From NCBI GenBank assembly GCA_963700055.1, contig CAVOWH010000001.1, positions 2,199 through 66,198 on the forward strand: a stretch of 64,000 nucleotides of DNA, given 5' to 3'. Source of the stretch: an uncultured delta proteobacterium. GTDB taxonomy: Bacteria; Desulfobacterota; Desulfobacteria; Desulfobacterales; SpSt-501. A program made the position numbers and the translations under genes. This document shows, piece by piece, positions 30,551 to 39,392 of the stretch. Numbering within the stretch: position 1 is the first letter of the stretch; every line of letters starts with the position of its first letter. The notes below the pieces were generated by a model. That model did not search any database, had not been told where the DNA came from, and saw only the letters and a list, made by a program, of their open reading frames with translations.

Positions 30551-31495
30551 TCAGTGCTTAGCGGCTGGCGGCCCGTCAGTACCGGCCGCGATGCCGGCCA
30601 GATCAAAGCCAGCCATTAAATATTCGATGTCGTCGTCGACCTCCAGCATCGTGTTCAGCCGCAGGTCGGATAGGTTCAGCCCCGGCTCGATGGCGAGTGC
30701 CGCTGTCACGGCGGCGGTGGCCCGGGCCGTATCGCCGAGTTGGGCACTGCCGCGGCGAGGAGCAGTTGCTCAGCCATGTGGAGGGTGCCGCAGTTGACCT
30801 GCAGCGCTTCAATTGTCTCCTGATATCCACGCAGTAAGTAGTGCGCGCGGGCACAGATCTCCCGGTAGCCGGCCGGATCGGCGCCGGCTTTGAGTTGGCG
30901 GTTGGCGATTTCAAGCGCCTCGCGGCAACTATCGGCGCCCATATGCGAGCGGCATTCGGCCATCGCGCGCAGGTCGTAGGCGTTTTCGCCTTCAGCGCCC
31001 AGTTTGAACATAAGCTCGACACAGATATCGCTGTAGCGGCGCCGGTCGGAGTATGGATCGACTTTGAAGCTCAGGAGATATTCGGCGTCTTCTTTGGCGC
31101 GGCGGCTCAGGCGATGGTAGCGCGGGTCAAAGCCGTCCATCGGCACTTCGAGCCCAGGTTGGTCACTCGGCCCCGCCAGGATGCCCCATCGGCCGCGGCG
31201 CAGCATCTGTACCATGTATTCGCGCACCAGGCTTTCGTAGACCTCGTAAGGCGGCGCACCCGGCATTCCACGGCTTTGCGACTCAAACCCCCAGGGAGTG
31301 CGTTTCGGCGGCGGGTAGAGCCGGCGCAGGGGTAATCCGGGCAAGCAGGGCCGAGGCGGCCCTGTATTCCTCAGGAACGACGAGTTTTGAGTCCACTACC
31401 GGTAATTCTCCGAGGGGTGCATGCGGGTCTGCTGCTTCTACAGGTGAAGCGAGCAACACCATCAAAAGAATCAATCGCTTGAAACGGTCAATCAC
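30551..31495 (-). pseudogene. Secreted hypothetical protein, two frameshifts
   Basis: Signal peptide MIDRFKRLILLMVLLASPVEA (31495..), body in ORF 30706..31344, and C-terminal ...AQLGDTARATAAVTAALAIEPGLNLSDLRLNTMLEVDDDIEYLMAGFDLAG in a third frame ending at 30551. Confidence 0.5.
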
Positions 31496-31537
31496 TAGTT
31501 TTCCCGCAGAGCGGTCTGGCGCAATCGGCCAGTGTGC

Positions 31538-31945
31538 TCAGTCACAGGTGCGGCGCCCGGTTCGCTTCAGACGCTCGGCCCGCATTTCCTCCATGCTCTT
31601 GGCGACCGCTTCTTCGGCTTCAGCGGCGGCCTTAGCGTCTACACTCCAGCGTTTGTTCCGCTCTGCCATAGCAGCATTAGCTTCCGACGTGCGTCCGGCA
31701 TCGCGCAGGATCACGACGCGTTGAAGGTCGCCTATGGAGGCTCCCAGCCCTCCGCCCCCCGACGCGCGATCAACGGCCGCGAGCGCCTCGTTGGTCTTGC
31801 AGGCAATGGCCAGTTCGTTCGCCTCTTTCACAGCCCCCACCTCGCCGAATTTAAGGCCGGCGCCACAACCCGAGAGCAAGTAGGCCGATGCACCAAGAAG
31901 CAAAACGGTCAACAGGAGCCTCATGGTCGTGTTGTTCATTTTCAT
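31538..31945 (-). CDS. Lipoprotein, function unknown
   Basis: LLLTVLLLGASAYLLSGC lipobox. Confidence 0.55.
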   Translation of the reverse strand: MKMNNTTMRLLLTVLLLGASAYLLSGCGAGLKFGEVGAVKEANELAIACKTNEALAAVDRASGGGGLGASIGDLQRVVILRDAGRTSEANAAMAERNKRWSVDAKAAAEAEEAVAKSMEEMRAERLKRTGRRTCD

Positions 31946-31969
31946 CCTTGCGAGGAGGCAACGTAACCC

Positions 31970-32419
31970 TCAACTGACAGAATTCGCATTGGTTTCATCT
32001 CTTCGGTCCTCATTTTCAGGAGTTATCGGTAAAGCAGCGTCCTTGTGATTTCGTGCCAATAGCTTGAACCCGATCCATAGCAGGACTGCGCCCGCTGGAC
32101 CTATCGCCAGAAGGTTCCAAATCGGCATGACAAGCAGGCCGAGTGCCGCAGTCGACCCCTTTGGCGCAATGAACGCGGAATAATGCATGTAGATGTCTGC
32201 GAGCAATGAGGCCGCGGCTCCACCCAACCCCAGCAGCCTGCCACGGCGACTTAGTGCCAGCACGGCTGCAATGACGTACGATGAGCAGGACAACAGCACC
32301 AGACCGATGAGAAATGCGTTTGCGCCCCCCTCGGCCCTAAACATGGCAGTGTACAGGTGCAAGATCACTCCGGTGCAGCAAATGGTCAATGCGAGTTTGG
32401 TAATCGATTTCGCTGCCAT
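31970..32419 (-). CDS. Small integral membrane protein (4 TM)
   Basis: Hydrophobic 149-aa ORF, same strand as and adjacent to the lipoprotein gene. Confidence 0.5.
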   Translation of the reverse strand: MAAKSITKLALTICCTGVILHLYTAMFRAEGGANAFLIGLVLLSCSSYVIAAVLALSRRGRLLGLGGAAASLLADIYMHYSAFIAPKGSTAALGLLVMPIWNLLAIGPAGAVLLWIGFKLLARNHKDAALPITPENEDRRDETNANSVS

Positions 32420-32532
32420 GCGCTTGAGCTCCCCATATCAGCTGCCGAGGCGTGTAGTAGAGGTTAATCCAAGTGTCAAAGACAGTTCACGGATACCGCC
32501 ATGCAGGATCCTTGAGGTGCCTAAACAACCGA

Positions 32533-33273
32533 TCAGCCGCCGTTGATCACCGCTTCGGGTATGACATAATAATGGAAATCGTTGACGTTGATCGACCACT
32601 CGTCACTCTGCTTCTCGAATGTCACCTTCTCATTGGGGTCGGAGCTAGTCACCTTGCCGCCGGCGAATTTGAGGACGCGCAGCTTGTCCTTGTGCAAGGT
32701 AACGTCATATCCGGGTGATGCTAGATGGACCTCGGCTTGTCCGGGCGCACTGCGAATGACGCCGAATGAACACTGCGCCGAGCCTTTCGGGTCCGTTCCG
32801 ACCGAGCAGGGCACGTTGCCGGTTGCGTGATAGGGCGTTCCCGCCACTTTGGCATCCGCACGCCCGGTGATGCCGACCGACAAGGTGTAATTCGCAGTTT
32901 CGTTGCGCCGCGCGGCACTGCGCATCAGGTAGACGCGAACCCTGTAGTCGCCATCAACAGGCAGGGTGCCCGTCCACTTGTTGCCGAGGATCTCGCCCGT
33001 GGCGATCGCAGCATCCGAGCCTGGCGGCAGCACATTGAAGTAGTTGGCGCCGTTGTTGGTCTTCAGATTGACGCTCATAGTCTGGCCGGCATTGGCGCCG
33101 AGCAGATAGTCAACGACCTCGTAACCTTTTATTCGGTTCTTGATAGTGGCTTCCGCCGAGCCCTTCTTGAACTGTACCCGCTCGGTGCGGATCTCGTCCT
33201 TTGCGAGCACATGCGAACTGCCCATAAAAATAGAAAAAGCTATTACGGCAAAGACAATCTTTTTTGGATTCAT
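32533..33273 (-). CDS. Secreted two-domain hypothetical protein
   Basis: Signal peptide MNPKKIVFAVIAFSIFMGSSHVLA. The block VVDYLLGANAGQTMSVNLKTNNGANYFNVLPPGS...DGDYRVRVYLMRSAARRNETANYTL recurs in many proteobacterial periplasmic proteins of unknown function. Confidence 0.6.
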   Translation of the reverse strand: MNPKKIVFAVIAFSIFMGSSHVLAKDEIRTERVQFKKGSAEATIKNRIKGYEVVDYLLGANAGQTMSVNLKTNNGANYFNVLPPGSDAAIATGEILGNKWTGTLPVDGDYRVRVYLMRSAARRNETANYTLSVGITGRADAKVAGTPYHATGNVPCSVGTDPKGSAQCSFGVIRSAPGQAEVHLASPGYDVTLHKDKLRVLKFAGGKVTSSDPNEKVTFEKQSDEWSINVNDFHYYVIPEAVINGG

Positions 33274-33715
33274 CTATACCTCCAATAAAAATTTGCGGTT
33301 GCAGTATCTGGTGCAAGAAAACTAATCGGAACCTCAGGCTATTCCGGCTAAAATTCAACAAAGGTAGACATTAACTTCGCTCCCTGAATTGTTAATGTTC
33401 GATAGGGGTGTGCAACGGGGTAAATTTGAGCAAATTCCAAGGTTGTTTGATTATGAGTTTCGTGCATTTATCGCACCCTGACTCTAGGCAGAAGGGGATT
33501 GGGATTAACAGATCAAAGGTATCGTTTCAGGGAATTGCAGATTTGTTTCGGCTTCGGAGGATTCGGAGGGCTATAGTCTCCTGGGATTGGCTTAAACTAT
33601 CTCAGAAATGGTCGTTCGGAGTAACGTCGGATGATATAGAGAGTATCCAACCAATTGAGATCATAACAGATTAGCCCTTCATATCCAATGACCGAGAGAA
33701 AGGCGGGTCATCTGG

Positions 33716-33786
33716 CTTGCAGGGGTAATGGGGACGTTCCTCAGTTTTCCGTTTTGTCAAAAAATCCGAGAAACCAAGGAACGTCC
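33716..33786. repeat. 71-bp hairpin repeat, copy A
   Basis: TAATGGGGACGTTCCT-34 nt-AGGAACGTCCCCAACAACCC with a 12-bp perfect stem. Near-identical to 36710..36780. Confidence 0.85.
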
Positions 33787-33827
33787 CCAACAACCCGCGC
33801 TTTTGAATCACAGCTACTCGGTCCTGT

Positions 33828-34043
33828 TTAATCTTCGTATTTCTTCATCAAGGTTTTTCTGGCTTCTTTATATTCCTTTTCGCTCAGAAGCCCTTTTTTA
33901 TAGGCATCATCTAAATCCTGTAACTCCTTGCCCAACGTCGTAGTAGTTGTTTGTTGTTTAACATCAGTTCCACCTCCGCATCCAAGCATGGCACCCGAAT
34001 AGGTGAGCAGGAGCAAAACCGCAAGAATCCTCATCAGTTTCAT
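33828..34043 (-). CDS. SHOCT-domain lipoprotein
   Basis: MKLMRILAVLLLLTYSGAMLGC lipobox; C-terminal KKGLLSEKEYKEARKTLMKKY (SHOCT); AAGGAGGAAAG RBS. Confidence 0.7.
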   Translation of the reverse strand: MKLMRILAVLLLLTYSGAMLGCGGGTDVKQQTTTTTLGKELQDLDDAYKKGLLSEKEYKEARKTLMKKYED

Positions 34044-34085
34044 CCCTTCTTTCCTCCTTTTTATATTAAAGGTGTGGCCACGACA

Positions 34086-34131
34086 ATAATGTGGCACCCA
34101 CATTATCTGTGAAGCCAGGAGTAAAAGTCAA
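34086..34131 (-). promoter_or_regulatory. Sigma70-like promoter (TTGACT-18-GATAAT) with a perfect 9-3-9 palindrome over the -10 element
   Basis: Minus strand TTGACT (34126..34131), GATAAT (34102..34107). Palindrome ATAATGTGG-CAC-CCACATTAT at 34086..34106. Confidence 0.4.
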
Positions 34132-34336
34132 GACATAGAGAGTATCTCAAAAACCATAATAATACAGGCATGTCGGATGGTATCACCACCCGCTAAAAGA
34201 CACAAACCCGGCAAGACCCGGAAGCCTCAGCTTCGGGGTTTCTTATTGGATTTTATAAGTGGGGACTATGTGGGGGCAGGCTGAGACTAAAAAAGAAAGA
34301 GGCTACAGACGATAATCTGCAACCCCTTGATTTAAC

Positions 34337-34381
34337 TGGTGCGCCCGGCGTGATTCGAACACGCGACCTACGGATTCGTAG
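34337..34381 (-). tRNA. Partial tRNA-Arg(ACG): anticodon loop to the CCA end only (45 nt)
   Basis: Minus strand CTACGAA-TCCGT-AGGTC-GCGTG-TTCGAAT-CACGC-CGGGCGC-ACCA. The T-arm and acceptor 3' strand are canonical, but the 5' partner of the anticodon stem, the D-arm and the acceptor 5' strand are absent. Confidence 0.7.
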
Positions 34382-34576
34382 TCATAACCCCTGAGTTTCC
34401 TAACTTCCTCAAATTAGGATATCTTATTGAAATCGTTAGATCCGGGGTTGTCAGATTTTCGACGCTGGTCCACGTTTTAGCAGATTTTGGAAAGTTTTTC
34501 ACACACAGATTCACACACAGCGTGTTAACATTTGTTTACACGCTATCCAAATCTCCCAGCTCGTTCTCGGCTGCCT

Positions 34577-34993
34577 TCAGGAACAAGGGGCCTCCCAATC
34601 GCGCTGTTTAATATAGCATTTGTGCAGGTAAATGTTCAGCCGCCTGATGAAGTTCACTGAAGCCACTTGGGACTTGAAGCGTACGATGATGGCGTCTTGT
34701 GCAGACAGGTTCGTGTCGGAGTCGCGTATAACATGGGCCTGGATAAGATCGTTGGCGAGTATATCGTTCGAGTGGTACCTCTGAAAAAGCGGATGGCAGG
34801 CCTTGATCAGGTTCGTGTCGAACTCAAAAGAGGTTCTGCCAACACCGGCAGGAATTTCATATATGTCTTCGGTGCTGAACTGGGGCTCATCGGAAAGGCT
34901 GATCATCAGGATTCCTTTTTTTGTAGCATGGCGCATGAAACACCTACATATCACAGAATGGGGGAACAATAAAGCCCAGGAAACCATGCGCAA
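34577..34993 (-). CDS. Hypothetical protein (start uncertain)
   Basis: ORF only; AT-richer context; no motif recognised. Confidence 0.3.
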   Translation of the reverse strand: MRMVSWALLFPHSVICRCFMRHATKKGILMISLSDEPQFSTEDIYEIPAGVGRTSFEFDTNLIKACHPLFQRYHSNDILANDLIQAHVIRDSDTNLSAQDAIIVRFKSQVASVNFIRRLNIYLHKCYIKQRDWEAPCS

Positions 34994-35781
34994 GCTGGGG
35001 CGCCCTTGGTGAAAAGTGTCTTATATTGAGCCACCACCCTCCTGACCTCAATCTCCGTGTATGGATTCATACGGGAGGCCTGTACAAGAAACTGCCTAAA
35101 ATAGTAACCTGCCTCATGACCTCCAACCTCCACCAACTCCTTTTCGACCGCCTTCGGCAACAAGGGATCAACACCGAAGAAGCTCCCGCCTGCTTCGTGA
35201 TCTGGTCAAAATCCTGGACTCAAACCCTGGAATTGACCCGGCGGCGGCAAGCTCAAAACTTCAGCTGTTGGGATGGAACGGTGTGACGCTGGAGTATCAA
35301 TCGTTGCAACTGGCACTGGTGTGGATGAACCTAATCGAAAAACAGATTCACAGCGAAGCTTCCTAAACCACCGATGAGGATCATGCTGACTACGATTACA
35401 GTTAGAGAAAAGCCATTCTGTTTGGTAGGATTCATAAGCAGGGATTTTTCGAGATTTTGAAGGATATCTTTAGGGGGCGGCGGCTGGGTTGGAGGTTTTA
35501 GCCTATTTTACCCAAATGGCAACCATCAACCATGAAAGGAAAAGCGTTATTATCAACGTTATTCGTTTCAGGGAAGATTCCAAACGCCGCCCCCATGTTT
35601 TCAATATCGGCAAATTGGATGAAACTTTAGGCAAAAAAACCAAGCGGTCGGGGTTGGACGCCCGGTCGGAGGATAGGAGTAACAAGGGAAAGGATAGTGA
35701 ACCCTTGTTGGGTGCGAGGTACGGCGGTGGGTGAATTTAACAAATAAGGGCAAACCTGTATTTTTAGCGTAAGGGGGAGTC

Positions 35782-36129
35782 ATGGCGATCCTGGCAGATA
35801 ATGAATCCAAGGCAACAATCATGATGCTTGTAATAGGAATTTTTATGGGCCTGATAGCAGGGCAGCTAGCTTGGGATCGCTCTGAAAAACATCCTGATTA
35901 TGTAATGCCTGTTAGTGATCGAGTGATAGTGGTGATTGAAGAATACGGAAAATCCGCATACGTTTACACCAAGAGGAAAGATCATTTTGATTTCGAGGCA
36001 GAACTAAAACCAAGCTCCCCGTATTATCCTGTCCCAGAAAAAGAGATCATCGGGCATAAAGCATATCCTTTCAATCCTAAGTTTAATGAATGGGTTGAGG
36101 ATTGGAAAAAAATAAACAAGGTTGATTAG
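35782..36129 (+). CDS. Hypothetical membrane-anchored protein
   Basis: 115 aa with one TM (IMMLVIGIFMGLIAGQLAW); GGGGGAG RBS. Confidence 0.45.
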   Translation: MAILADNESKATIMMLVIGIFMGLIAGQLAWDRSEKHPDYVMPVSDRVIVVIEEYGKSAYVYTKRKDHFDFEAELKPSSPYYPVPEKEIIGHKAYPFNPKFNEWVEDWKKINKVD

Positions 36130-36237
36130 GCGTAAGGAGCGAGATGGGTGTGATCATTTAAAGAGCGTAGACGAAGTGAATCCCCCGGTTTCTGAATTCG
36201 TGTCTCAATAGTGGGTTTGAATTACGCTACATGGTAT

Positions 36238-36709
36238 AATCCAGCCGCTGGGCAACGGAGGGAGCCCGGAGGCCATCTCGGCCACGGCGCTGTCCAAACA
36301 GGTCGATGTGCCGCAGACGACCCTTTCCAAGTGGCTGCGACGGGCCGGGGCGAAGGCCGCGTATGTATTCCCAAACGACCCGAATCGATCTGTCCAGGTG
36401 ACCCCCATGAAGCCTCGCCGACCCGAAGAGTGGCCCGCCGAAGAAAAGCTTAAGACCGTGCTGGAAGCCCAGGGCCTCCACGATGAAGAGCTCGGCGTCT
36501 TCCTGCGCCATAAGGGGCTGCACGAAACCCACCTGCAGCGCTGGCACCAACAGATGATCGAGGGGCTGCAAGGGAAACCGGCGGTAAAAAAGACCCCGGC
36601 TCATCCCGGCGATGTAAAACGCATCCGCGCCCTCGAACAAGAGCTGCGGCGCAAGGACAAGGCCTTGGCTGAAACCGCGGCCCTGCTGGTGCTTAAGAAA
36701 AAGTCCAGA
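36238..36709 (+). pseudogene. IS3 orfA remnant, paralog of 28850..29395
   Basis: VDVPQTTLSKWLRRAG...EEWPAEEKLKTVLEAQGL...RALEQELRRKDKALAETAALLVLKKK. It lacks the first codons and the whole orfB, and ends at the hairpin repeat. Confidence 0.85.
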
Positions 36710-36800
36710 TAATGGGGACGTTCCTCAGTTTTGCGTTTTATCAAAAAATCCGAGAAACCAAGGAACGTCCCCAACAACCCAAGGAACGTCCCCAACAACC
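36710..36800. repeat. Hairpin repeat copy B plus a 20-bp tandem duplication of its 3' arm
   Basis: 36710..36780 matches 33716..33786. AAGGAACGTCCCCAACAACC occurs twice in tandem (36761..36780 and 36781..36800). Confidence 0.85.
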
Positions 36801-37039
36801 TGGTTCTGATGATTCCGCCGAAGGTATCGATATCCGAGTTGCTGGGCCGGTTGAAGGGTCAGACATCGATGAAGCTGTTCCACAATTTCCGGTTCTTGAA
36901 GAAGAAGCCGTATTTGGGGAATCAATTTTGGGCCAAGGGTTATAGTGTGGAGACGGTGGGATTGGATGCAGACATGATATGCAAGTATGTTCGCTACCAG
37001 GAGAAGCAAGAGCAGGAGTTGGAGCAACTGCAATTGTGA
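36800..37039 (+). pseudogene. IS200/IS605-type Y1 transposase TnpA, C-terminal about 80 codons only
   Basis: LVLMIPPKVSISELLGRLKGQTSMKLF...NQFWAKGYSVETVGLDADMICKYVRYQE. The HUH N-terminal half is missing. Confidence 0.75.
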
Positions 37040-37087
37040 GATTAGGATTGACCATAGCGGCACAACTTAGCGGGCCCGCCCCCTATG

Positions 37088-37127
37088 GGGGCAGGACCTT
37101 GTTCCCCCATATGGGGGGATTATCAAA
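37088..37127. repeat. Two short GC palindromes downstream of the tnpA remnant (possible IS200 right-end hairpins or a bidirectional terminator)
   Basis: GCCCCCTATGGGGGC (37088..37102) and CCCCCATATGGGGG (37114..37127). Confidence 0.5.
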
Positions 37128-37172
37128 GCCGCACGCCCTTTGGTTGCGGATTCTTTACTCTTTGTCCTTTGA

Positions 37173-38648
37173 TCAGGGACTACGCATTATGTTTTTTAGC
37201 TCCACAGAGTAGATGTAATCTTTTTTGAGAGAAAGGCAATTTAGGCTATCAGATGAGTCAAAAGCAACCTTCCCAAGAATCGGAAATATCAAACCTAACT
37301 GGCCATCATACTGTTTTATTTCTTTATCATCAACGACCACGAACCAATTATTATCAACCATCGCCGTATAAGCTATGCGCTTGCTGTCTGGGCTGAAAGC
37401 AGGCGGTCCCGTGTTATCGTATTGCTTTCCTTCTTTCCCATCGACGACTATAAACGCCTTATTACCCGCTTTAGCTGAATACATCAAACGGCTGCCATCC
37501 GGGCTGAAAATAGGTAAACCGATGAGGTCGTATTTTTTCTCATCTTTTCCATCAATGACAATAAAATATTTGTTGCCTGTTTTAGCACAAAACGCCAAGC
37601 TCCTGCTGTCTGGGCTAAAAACTAAAGAGCCTTTCGCAATAGCATCGTATTTCTTTCCCTCTTTTCCAACAACGACTACAACCAACTTATTACCCACCTT
37701 AGCCAGGTATGCTAATCGTTGGCTATCCGGGCTAAAAACAGGAGTTACATCACCAGCGAGACCGTATTTTTTTCCCTCTTTTTCATCAACGACAACAATC
37801 ACTTTGTCATCCACTCCAGTAAAATATGCTATACGCTTGCTATCCGGGCTAAAAACTAAAGAGCCTTCCGCAATGATATTATATTTTTTTCCCTCTTTTT
37901 CATCAACGACTACAAACCACTTATTGTCTGCTTTAGCTCGATAAGCCATACGCATGCCGTCGGGACTGAAAATAGGAGATTCGATTGCATCGTATTTTTT
38001 TCCCTCTTTTTCATCAACGACTACGAACCATTTATTATCTTTTTTAGCAATATACGCCATACGCTTTCCGTCAGGACTGAAAATAGGAGATTCGATCGCA
38101 TCGTATTTCTTTCCCTCTTTTTCATCAACGACTACGAACCATTTATTATCTTTTTTAGCAATATACGCCATACGCTTTCCGTCAGGACTGAAAATAGGAT
38201 TGCCCGTCAAATCGTAGTGCTCTCCCTCTTTTTCATCAACGATTACAAAATACTTTTTTATTTTAATTCGCCTTTCTTCTGAAGCTTTGTTTTTTGATGC
38301 ACTAACACTTCCAGGGTCTATCTGATGAATTTCAACTTCAGCTGTTGAAGCTACGTAGGCAATGCGTTTGCTGTCAGGACTGAAAACCAAGGTATGGTCC
38401 CAAATGAAATCATATTCTTTTTCTTTTTTTTCATTAACAACTACAAATTGCTTTTTTTCATTATAACTCATATAGGCAATGCGCTTTTTGTCTTGGCTTA
38501 GCCTGATAGACCTTGATGATAACGGGGTAATTAATTGAGTAAAAGCCCTCTCGGAACCATCCCAATTAGCGGGAGGCTCATCAGCAAAGGCTAAAATTGA
38601 AAGAAAAAGAAAGCCCAAAATCCCTGAGGTTGAAAATTTCTTAATCAT
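37173..38648 (-). CDS. Secreted PD40/TolB-like beta-propeller repeat protein (about 11 repeats of about 37 aa)
   Basis: Signal peptide MIKKFSTSGILGFLFLSILAFA; repeated FSPDGKRMAYIAKKDNKWFVVVDEKEGKKYD units; AT-rich. Confidence 0.8.
   Translation of the reverse strand: MIKKFSTSGILGFLFLSILAFADEPPANWDGSERAFTQLITPLSSRSIRLSQDKKRIAYMSYNEKKQFVVVNEKKEKEYDFIWDHTLVFSPDSKRIAYVASTAEVEIHQIDPGSVSASKNKASEERRIKIKKYFVIVDEKEGEHYDLTGNPIFSPDGKRMAYIAKKDNKWFVVVDEKEGKKYDAIESPIFSPDGKRMAYIAKKDNKWFVVVDEKEGKKYDAIESPIFSPDGMRMAYRAKADNKWFVVVDEKEGKKYNIIAEGSLVFSPDSKRIAYFTGVDDKVIVVVDEKEGKKYGLAGDVTPVFSPDSQRLAYLAKVGNKLVVVVVGKEGKKYDAIAKGSLVFSPDSRSLAFCAKTGNKYFIVIDGKDEKKYDLIGLPIFSPDGSRLMYSAKAGNKAFIVVDGKEGKQYDNTGPPAFSPDSKRIAYTAMVDNNWFVVVDDKEIKQYDGQLGLIFPILGKVAFDSSDSLNCLSLKKDYIYSVELKNIMRSP
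37944..38165. repeat. Two near-identical 111-bp tandem units inside the propeller gene
   Basis: 37944..38054 and 38055..38165 differ at only a handful of positions. Confidence 0.85.
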
Positions 38649-38883
38649 TTCACCAAATCCTTGTTGAGTCGTTTTAAATGAATTTCTTATCAATTTTGGG
38701 CTTGGTCGTCAATAGTGGACACCCTTGGCTGTGATGAGACCAGCCCCTTCTCGGCCAGGTAAGCTGTGTGAATCGGCATGCAATAATGACCCACCTTTAA
38801 GGCGAAACGGCATCCAAAATTGACCCACCCCCCTGTGGCTCTCTACACTGCCAGCAATCGGGCAGAAGGAGGGCTGAGGGGAG

Positions 38884-39297
38884 ATGCTTATCGTGGAGAC
38901 CATTCGCAAGATCCGCTTATCGATTCACCGGGACGGCAAGTCGATTCGACAAACAGCCAAAGAGCTTCGCATTTCCCGCAACACCGTGCGCAAGGTCGTA
39001 CGCAGTGAGCAGACGGCATTTACCTATCGACGCAGCTCTCAGCCCCGGCCAGTCTTGGGGGCATTTGTAGAGCGTTTAGATGAGGCCTTGGCTGAGGACA
39101 AGAAGCTTGCCAAACGGCAACGTCGAACCGGCATCATGCTTTTTGAGCAGCTGCAGACTGAGGGCTACGCGGGCAGCTATGACAGCGTTCGGCGGCATGT
39201 CCGGCAGTGGCGCAGGCGGCAGAGCAACTTGGCCTCTGAGGTCTTTATCCCGCTGGTGTTTGATCCTGGTGTTAGCGGCGGCATGAAAATGCATTAA
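38884..39297 (+). pseudogene. istA: Outer IS21 IstA, N-terminal HTH fragment
   Basis: MLIVETIRKIRLSIHRDGKSIRQTAKELRISRNTVRKV... Similarity stops at FIPLVFDPG (about 39270). Confidence 0.8.
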
Positions 39298-39392
39298 AAT
39301 CGCCGGTCTAAAATTGCGCCGTTTTTTTAATGGAGCGATAGATGTGCCGGGGGTCTTGTTGGGTGCCCCCAGCACAAGGAGGTAGGTGGTCG

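Noticed and set aside
33408-33674. 88-aa plus-strand ORF, and similarly 35489..35734 and 35026..35286
   Set aside because: They have no RBS and no motif, show odd composition, and sit in AT-rich spacer DNA. This is insufficient support to call them genes.
34216-34245. Hairpin CCGGAAGC-ctca-GCTTCGGGG followed by TTTCTTATT, considered as a plus-strand terminator
   Set aside because: The stem needs a bulge, there is no plus-strand gene upstream to terminate, and it lies beside the tRNA fragment, where secondary-structure-like sequence is unsurprising.
37944-38276. Possible CRISPR-like regular repeats
   Set aside because: The period is 111 bp with no unique spacers, and the repeats encode in-frame 37-aa PD40 units of a long ORF. 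No CRISPR array was seen anywhere in the window.
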